A DNA stretch of 64,000 nucleotides from the human T2T-CHM13v2.0 reference genome, Homo sapiens. Under the pieces are notes generated by a model. It saw only the letters and a program-made list of their open reading frames with translations. It was not told the DNA's origin and made no database searches. Of the stretch, positions 54,246 to 64,000 are shown piece after piece. Where the stretch lies: NCBI RefSeq assembly GCF_009914755.1, contig NC_060933.1; one strand, written 5' to 3'. The translations under genes and the position numbers were made by a program. Position 1 is the stretch's first letter; each line of letters begins with the position of its first letter.

Positions 54246-55714
54246 TCATACTGAATTTAATTGTTATTTCTTATGCTCCCTTCCCTTTTAAAAATTGAGT
54301 TGTTCTTTTTGTCATTAAGTTCCAGGGGTACTTTATATATTCTGAACACAAGTTCTTTTAGTCTTTTGCTTTGAAATTATTTTTTCCAGTGTTTGACTTG
54401 CCTATTCATTTTTGAAATGTTGAATTTGAGGAGCAGACATTTTTAATTTTGATGGTCTTATTTATTAAATTTTTCTTTTATGGTTTGCTTTCTGTGTTCT
54501 ACTTCAGAAAATTTTGTCTCTCCTTAACTTGGGAAGATATTTTCCTGTTTTCTTACAGAGAAAATTTAAAGTTTTAGCTTCTGTATTTAGATTTATAGTT
54601 CATCTCAAAGTAATTTTTATGGTGTATAGCAGTGGTTGAGACTAATTTTCTTTTCCTCATATGGATTTTCAACTGCTCTAGGACCATTTGTTAAAAAAGA
54701 ATTTTCCTTCTCCATTGGGTTTTTTTGGTTCCTTGGTTGAAAACCAAGTTATTTTATAAGTGTCTGGCATTGGTCTATTTTTCTGTTTTGCCAGTATTGC
54801 AGTGTCTTCATGACTATAGCTTTAGGGTAAATCTTGAAGTTGGTTAGTGTAAGTTCTCTAAAGTTATTTCTATTTTAGGTTCTTTGCATTTCCACATAAA
54901 TTTTAGAATCAGCTTGTTGATTTCTACAACAAAGACTGTGGCATTTTTGCTGGGATTTGGGAAGAAATGGTATAAAAATGTAGTCTTCCAACTCATGAAT
55001 ATGATAACATTTTCAACATTATTTCTAAATGTTTCCAAAATTTCCAAAAGACCTTGTCAGTTTTTTTTTTCTTAGTTTCTCTGGGCAATGTTTTGTAGTT
55101 TTTAGTCTTGTACATCTTTTGAGGCATTCATTTCTGACTATATTATGTCTTTTGAAGCTATTGCAAATGGAATTTTAAAACATTTTATTTTCCAATTTGT
55201 TTGCTACCAATGTACAAAAATGCAGTTGGCTTTTATATGTTGACCTTGCAAAATTCTCTTAGTAGTTCTAATAGATTTGTAGATCCTTAGAATTTTCTAA
55301 GTAAACAATTATGTCATCTGTGAATAGAGATGGACTGGTTTTACTTCTTCCTTTTTGACCTTTATGCCTATTTTCTTGCCCACTGCATGAGATAGGATCT
55401 TCAGTACAATACTGAGAAGAAGTAAAAAAAGTGCTTTTTAAAAAATTTTATAGGGAAAGTATTCAATATTTTACCATGGAGTTTAATAATAGGATTTTTT
55501 CTCAGAAGCTGTTTATCAGATTGATGTAGTTCCTTTCTGTTTCTAATTTGCCAAGAGATTCTAGCATAATGGGCATTGCATTTTATCAAATGTGTCTTGT
55601 GTATCTATTGAAATGCTTGAATAGCTTTTCTCCCTTCATCTGCTAATATGATGAATTACATTTATTTTCCAATGTTAGAACAACCTTATATTTCTGGGAT
55701 AAACTCCTATTGGA

Positions 55715-55719
<5 letters not shown>

Positions 55720-55746
<27 letters not shown>
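55720..55746. repeat. (TA)n microsatellite
   Basis: Seen directly. Confidence 0.9.
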
Positions 55747-55750
<4 letters not shown>

Positions 55751-57006
55751 AATAGATATATAAATTTTTATATATTTCTATATTTGATTTATTAATATTT
55801 CTTTGAGGATTTTTTAATCTGTATCCATGAGGGATATTCTATAATTTTTTAATTTTTTGTAATTTCCTTATCAAGCTTTATATCAAGGTTACATTAGCTT
55901 CATAAATGAGTTGGAAAGCAGTCTCTTACTTTCTATTTTCTGAAAGAATTTGTGTTAACATTCATATTAGTTCTATAACTTTTAGCCAGAAGCCACCAGT
56001 AAAATCAGCTGGGCTTGAAGTTTTCTTTGTAGGGAAGTTTTTGATACTGGATTCAATTTCTTTAATAGATATGAGAATTTTCATATTTCTATTTTATTTT
56101 ACTGCATTTTGGTAAGTTGTATTTCTCAAGGAATTTATACTTAAGCTGCAAAAATTATTTCCATAAGGCTGTTCATAATATTTTTTTGTCCTTTTAATGT
56201 CTATAGGTTCAGTAGTAGTGATAGTCCCTCCTTCACCTTCATTCTTGATATTAGCAATTTGTGGTCTCTGTATCTCTGTTTTTAAAAGACTTCATTTTTT
56301 GGAGAAGTTTTAGGTTCACAGAAAAATTGGGAGGAAGATACAGATTTCCCTTATATTCCCTGCCCCAACACATGCAGGGCCTCCTCCATGATCAACATCA
56401 ACCACCGGAGTGGTGCGTTTGTTAAGACTGATGAACCTACATTGACACATCATCATCACCCCAAATCCATAGTTTACAGTAGGGTTCACTCTTGGCATTG
56501 TACATTCTATGAATTTGGACAAATGCCTAATGACATACATCTATCATTTTAGTGTCATAGAGAGTATTTTCACTGCCCTAAAAATCCACTATGCTTCACC
56601 TATTCATTTCTCCTCCTACCCTCAACCCCTGGCAACTACACCTCTTTTTACTGTTTTCATAGTTTTTTTGTTTTTTAGAATGTCATATAGTTGGAATCTT
56701 ATAGTATGTAGCCTTTTGAGATTGTCTTCCTCCACTTAATAATATGCATTTAACCTTTCTCCATGTCTTTTCATTGCTTGATAGCACATTTCGTTTTAGT
56801 ACTGAGTAGTATTTCATTGCCTGGATGTACCACAGTCTATCCGTTCACCTACTGAAGAAGCAACTTGGTTGCTTGCAAGTTTTGTCAATTATGCATAAAG
56901 CTGCTATAAACATTCTTGTGTAACTTTTTGTGTGGACATGTTTTCAACTCCTTTGGGTAATACTAACGGGCATGACTGCTGGATCATATGGCAATAGTAT
57001 ATTTAG

Positions 57007-58561
<1,555 letters not shown>

Positions 58562-59602
58562 GACATGGTGCATCTTTTCATATGCTTGTTTCCCATCAGT
58601 ATATATTTTTTGGTGAGGTGTCCCTTAAGGCCTTTGGCCCACTTTTTATTCATGCTGTTGTTTTCTTACTATTGACTTTTAGGAGTTCTTTGTATATTTT
58701 GGACAACAGTTCTTTATCAGATGTCTTTTGCAAATGTTTTCTTGCAGCACATAGCTTGTTTTCTCATTCTCTTGACATTGTCTTTTGCAGGTAGAACTTT
58801 TTAATTTGACTGAAGCCCAGTTTATCAATGATTTCTTTCATGAATTGTTACTTTGGTGTTTTATCTAAAAAGACATCACCATACCCAAGATCATCTAAGT
58901 TTTCTCTACTGTTTTTTTCTAGGAATTTTATAGTTTTGCATTTTATATTTAGGTCTATGATCCATTTGTGATAATTTTTGGAAGGGTGTAAGATCTGTGT
59001 TTAGATTGATTGTTTCACATGTGGATGCCCAGTTGTACTACCACAATTTGTTAAAAAATTTTTTCCACTGACTTTACTCCTTTGTCAAAGATCATTTGAC
59101 TATATTTACTTGGGTCTATCTCTGGGCTCTCTGTTCTGTTCCATTGACCTATTTGTCTGTTCTTTTACCAATACCACACTATCTTGATTACTATAGCTTT
59201 ATTGTAAGTCTCAAAGTTAGATAGTGTCAGTCCTTTCACTTTATTCTTCTCATTCAATATTGTGTTGGCTATTTTAGGCCTTTTGTCTCTCATGTAAACT
59301 TTAGAATCAATTTGTTGGTATCCATAAAATAGTGTGCTAAGATTTTGAATGGGATTGCATTGAACCTGTAGGTCAATGGGAAGAACTGACATCTTGACAA
59401 TGTTGAGTTTTCCTATCCATGAACATGGAATATTTTTCCATTTATTTAGTTTTTCCTTGATTTTTAAAGTCAGATTTTGTGTGGTTTTCCACATATAGAT
59501 CTTATACCTATTTAATTTTTTGGGAAGTGCTAACGTAAATGTTAGAGTGTTTTAAATTTCAAATTCTACATATTCACTGCTGGTATACAGAAAAGTGATT
59601 AA

Positions 59603-59900
<298 letters not shown>

Positions 59901-61413
59901 AATTAACTTTTTATATCAGCCTTGGATGCTGCAATCTTGCTATAACTATATATTAGTTCTAAAGGTTTTAAAAAAATCAATTCTTTTGGATTTTCTGCAT
60001 AGATGCTCATGTCATCTGCCAAAAAAGACAGTTTTATTTCTTCCTTTCCAATCTGTGTACCTTTTATTTCCTTTTCTTGTTTTATTGCCCTAGCTAGAAC
60101 TTTCAGTACAAAGTCAAAAAGGAACAGTGAGAGGAGACATTCTTGCCTTGTACCTGATCTTAGTGGTAAAGCTTCTAGTTTCTTACTGTTAAGTGTTATT
60201 TTTAGCTGGAGATGTTTTGTAGATATACTTTATTAAGTTGAGGAGGTTCTAATTTATTCTTAGTTTTTTGAGAGTTTAAAAAAAATCATGAATGGGTGTT
60301 GGATTTTGACAAATACTTTTTCTGCATCTATTGAAATGATCATGTTATTTTTCTCTCTTAGCTTGTTGATGTGATGGATTACATTAATTGAGTTTCAAAT
60401 GTTAAACAAGTCTTGCATATGTGAGATAAATCCCACTTGGTCGTGGTGTATAATTTTCATACATTGTTGGATTCAATTTGCTAATATTTTGTTGAAGATT
60501 TTTGCATTTATGTTTGTGAGATATATTGGTCTACAGTTTTCTTTTCTTGTAATATCTTTGTCTGGTTTTGGTTTGAGGGTAATACTGGCTTTATAGGACA
60601 AATTAAGAAGTATTCCTTCTGCTTCTATCCTTTAGAAGAGATTGTAGAAAATGGGTATAATTTTTTCTTAAATATTTGGTAGAGTTCTTGAATAAACTCA
60701 TCTGGGCCTGATGTTTTCTGTTTTAGAAAGATATTAATTATTGATTCAACTTCTTTAATAGATATAGGCCTATTCAAATTGTCTATATCTTGTGTAAGTT
60801 TTGGCAGCTTATGTCTTTCAAGAAATTCACCGTTTCATCTAAGTTATCCAATTTGTAGGCATAGAATTGTTTACAGTATTTCTTTATTATCCTTTTAATG
60901 TCCATGGAATCAGTAGTCATGTCCCTTCTTACCCCTTTGATATTAATAATTTGTGCCCTCTTTTTTTCTTAGCCTGACTAGACGCTTATCAGTGTTATTG
61001 CTCTTTTCAAAGAACCAGCTTTTGGTTTTCTCCACTGATTTTCTGTTTTCAATTTCATTGATTTCTGCCTAATTCTTATTATTTATTTTCTTCCGTTACT
61101 TTTGATTTAATTTGCTCTTCTTTTTCTAGTTTCCTCAGGTAGAAATTTAGATTATTGACTTCAGATCTTTTTCTTTTCTATAAACTTTCTTCTAAGCACT
61201 GCTTTTGCTGTATTCCACAAATGTTGATAAGTTGTGTTTTCATCGTCATTTAGTTCAAGTAGTCAATCAAAGTTTTGACTTTAAAATTTTTCTCAATGTT
61301 TATTGCTTTTTATTTACCTTTGCTTTTTATTATTTTCTTCATTTAAATTACTCTGGGTTTATTTTCTTTTTCTTTTTTAGCTTCTTATGATGGAATCTTA
61401 GGTCACTGATTTT

Positions 61414-61920
61414 TGTGACAGATTGCATTTTCCCTAGATGACCATAACAATATCTTTCATCCTACCTCTCTTCTAGAATTTTACCACACTCCATCAAGAG
61501 TAAAGTATAATTTTTCTCTTCTTGACTTTTAGGGGATTGTGAGTCACCTGTAACCAGTATAATGCAGCAGAAGAGATGCTGTGTGGCTTTCCAGTTAGGA
61601 CATGAAAAGTGATGAAATAACCTCTGCCTTGCTAGCTGTTAAGTTTTATTCTTGGAACCTAAGTCTTCACATAAGAAGCTCAGCTACTTTCAGGCCACAG
61701 TGCTAGGAGGAAGCCAAGCTATGTGGAGAGGCATGAGTAGTGGGCAGTTCTAGCTTTTGAGTCCTCCAAGTCCAGGAGCCAGAAATATGAGTGAATGAGC
61801 ATTGAGATGAATCTAGTCCCAGCCATTGACTTCTCCTCAGACTTTGGGTTGTTTCAGCAGATGCCCCTTCACTCTCCAGATACTGTAGGAGCCCAAAATG
61901 TAGGACCCTGTGTTGTGCTT
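61414..61920 (+). mobile_element. MLT1 (E/F/G-like) LTR
   Basis: tgtgacagattgcattttccctagatgacc...gctaggaggaagccaagcta. Confidence 0.65.
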
Positions 61921-62514
61921 CTTGAGGTCATCCTCCAGCAAAAAGACTGTACGGAAAAAAAAATATCTCATGCAAGGCAATTTCCTTCTTCCAAGTGTAA
62001 ACTTTCTCCTCCAATTTCTGCTTCTTTTGGTGACTCTAGAGCCTTTGAGTGGGTAGGTCTGATAGAAGCTTCTCAGCACTTACCAGAAGTGAAACTCAGC
62101 ATCTATCTTTCAAATCCATGAAATTATATTATCTATATATTAACAGAGCATTAATCTGTTTAATACAAATACTTTGTATTTGTCAAAGTTTTTGTAAATT
62201 CATTTAGGATTTTTCTCCTTTTAAAATATATAAGGAGTCTCACTTTTGAAAGTCCAGTCTCTTAGCTCCCAGAATGAGGAGAACCTGAGCTTAACTTTAG
62301 CTGCTCTCTCTGCCTCTGAGTTCACACTGGAGGTTCACATGTCCCATCTTAGATTACAGGCCTGGGAAAGCTTAGCAGAGTTACCTTTCTCTCAAGGTAT
62401 AATTTTAGGATATAGCCCAATACACCCAACAAATAAACAAGGAGGAAATAAGAAAAGTGAAGGCTTCTAGGACTCAAGGAAAAATAAATCAGAAAATATC
62501 CTCAGCATCAGATT

Positions 62515-62800
62515 CTTTTGTTTTTTTGAGATGGAGTCTCGCTCTGTCACCCAGGCTGAAGTGCAATGGCACGATCTTGGCTCACTGCAGCCTCTGCCTC
62601 CCAGGGTTCAAGCGATTCTCCTGCTTCAGCCTCTCTAGTAGCTGGGATTATAAGCACCCACCACCATGCCCGGCTAATTTTTGTATGTTTAGTAGAGGTG
62701 GGGTTTCACCATGTTGGCCGGACTGATCTTGATCTCCTGACCTCAAGTGATCCACCTGCCTCAGCCTCCCAAAGTGCTGGGATTACAGGCATGAGCCACC
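62515..62800 (-). mobile_element. AluS
   Basis: Full antisense Alu. Confidence 0.93.
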
Positions 62801-63349
62801 AATTCCCACCACAAGAGATTCTTAAAGCTACAGATGGGAGGGGCTGGGGCGGTCAGAGAAGGCCTCACCTCTGGCCCATGCTTCTGCACCGGGGAATTTG
62901 TCTCTGCATTCTCATCCCTGTCTGGGCTGCACTGAGCTTGTTTCAGCAGCACTGAATGCCATCCACTTCTTTGTAATGTCTAGCTTTTGCTTGGAACATT
63001 TTTGCCTGTGGTGGAACATTGCATTCAGCTCTTCTCCAGGAGGTAGGGACAAAGATGGCTTTGCTGGAAACAAAAAGTGAGGCTTTTCCTCTTAAGTCAA
63101 TTGGAGCTTATTATAATTTATTAAAAGTGCAATTCTGGTCTGAACCTGAAATGGTGATAATGGCTTAATGGTCACATAAATGAGTGTTGAAATATGCACA
63201 GCTGAAAAGGGACTCACAATAAAAGTGGAGAAGAGGTAATGATGCAGAAAGAGGACCAAAGTTTCTGATTAAAGTCATACCTAATCCACTGTGGAGGTTA
63301 TCACCAAAAATTAGAGAAACTATTTGCTTACAGGGAGATTGGTAGTGTG

Positions 63350-63351
<2 letters not shown>

Positions 63352-63383
<32 letters not shown>
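63352..63383. repeat. (TG)n microsatellite
   Basis: Seen directly. Confidence 0.95.
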
Positions 63384-63385
<2 letters not shown>

Positions 63386-64000
63386 AGGGGGAAGGGTGGA
63401 TGTGGGAAGATGTGTAATATGAGAATGGGCTAATTAGAGAGACTGGAGGAAAATTCAGGATCTTCCCACTCACTCGTTTTCTCTTCAACTTCTATACCCA
63501 TTTTTTTTTTTAACCAAAAAAGCACAGACCCAACTTATGGTGTATTGCAAATAGTCAAGATTCGGATTCAAGCAGCCCTACCACTTTCTATCTATGTGGC
63601 CTCATTTTTCTAATCTGAATAATGTGAAAATGATAAGCAAAGCTGAAGGACTGCTGTGACAACAGCAGATAAGATAAACTGAATGAGATAAACTGTCCAA
63701 ACATACCTAATACAGTGCCTGGCAATAGTAGCTGCTGAAGCTGGCTTAGTTTAGTCTCCTATCACCCTTATCTCCTGCTCAGCCAGGCCAGTTTCTTTTA
63801 CCCCTAATTCAAGTGGTAATTGAATTTGTTGTTACGGTTCTAGCATTTCTGTGTTGCATAAAATTACAAACTCATATAATATTTAACGTGGACCGATCAT
63901 AAAGTTCAAGGGACTTACCCACCATCTTTCAATTTGTTATTGAATCAACAAGTATTTATTTAACTCTGTGTGCCAACCATGCTAAGCATTAGGATAGGGC

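Overview
Primate (human-like) non-coding, repeat-dense genomic DNA. I recognise no protein-coding gene, tRNA, rRNA or CRISPR array. Most listed ORFs are translations of Alu, L1, L2 or microsatellite sequence. The centrepiece is a near-full-length, + strand L1PA (about L1PA6; ~20752-26622). It has a deletion that removes the ORF1 start, an open endonuclease frame, a broken ORF2, and an open 110-codon antisense ORF0 homologue. Around it are about 20 Alu copies or fragments (FLAM/J/S/Y), old L1M stacks (notably 52-61 kb), L2 and MIR relics, solo LTRs (THE1/MST, a 480-bp LTR nested in MER21, ERVL/MLT types) and DNA-transposon relics (MER5A, MER58, MER91, Tigger2). The most interesting signals are mutational scars readable directly in the sequence: an AluY whose left arm appears gene-converted by its neighbouring AluS; a 153-bp and a 37-bp segment each copied ~1.2-1.4 kb away; fold-back hairpins that seed short iterated arrays; a 31-bp minisatellite with a splice-donor-like core fused to an Alu fragment; and a pre-miRNA-like hairpin. 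I found no evidence for a wholly new biological system. Subfamily names come from recalled consensus sequences and need RepeatMasker/Dfam confirmation.
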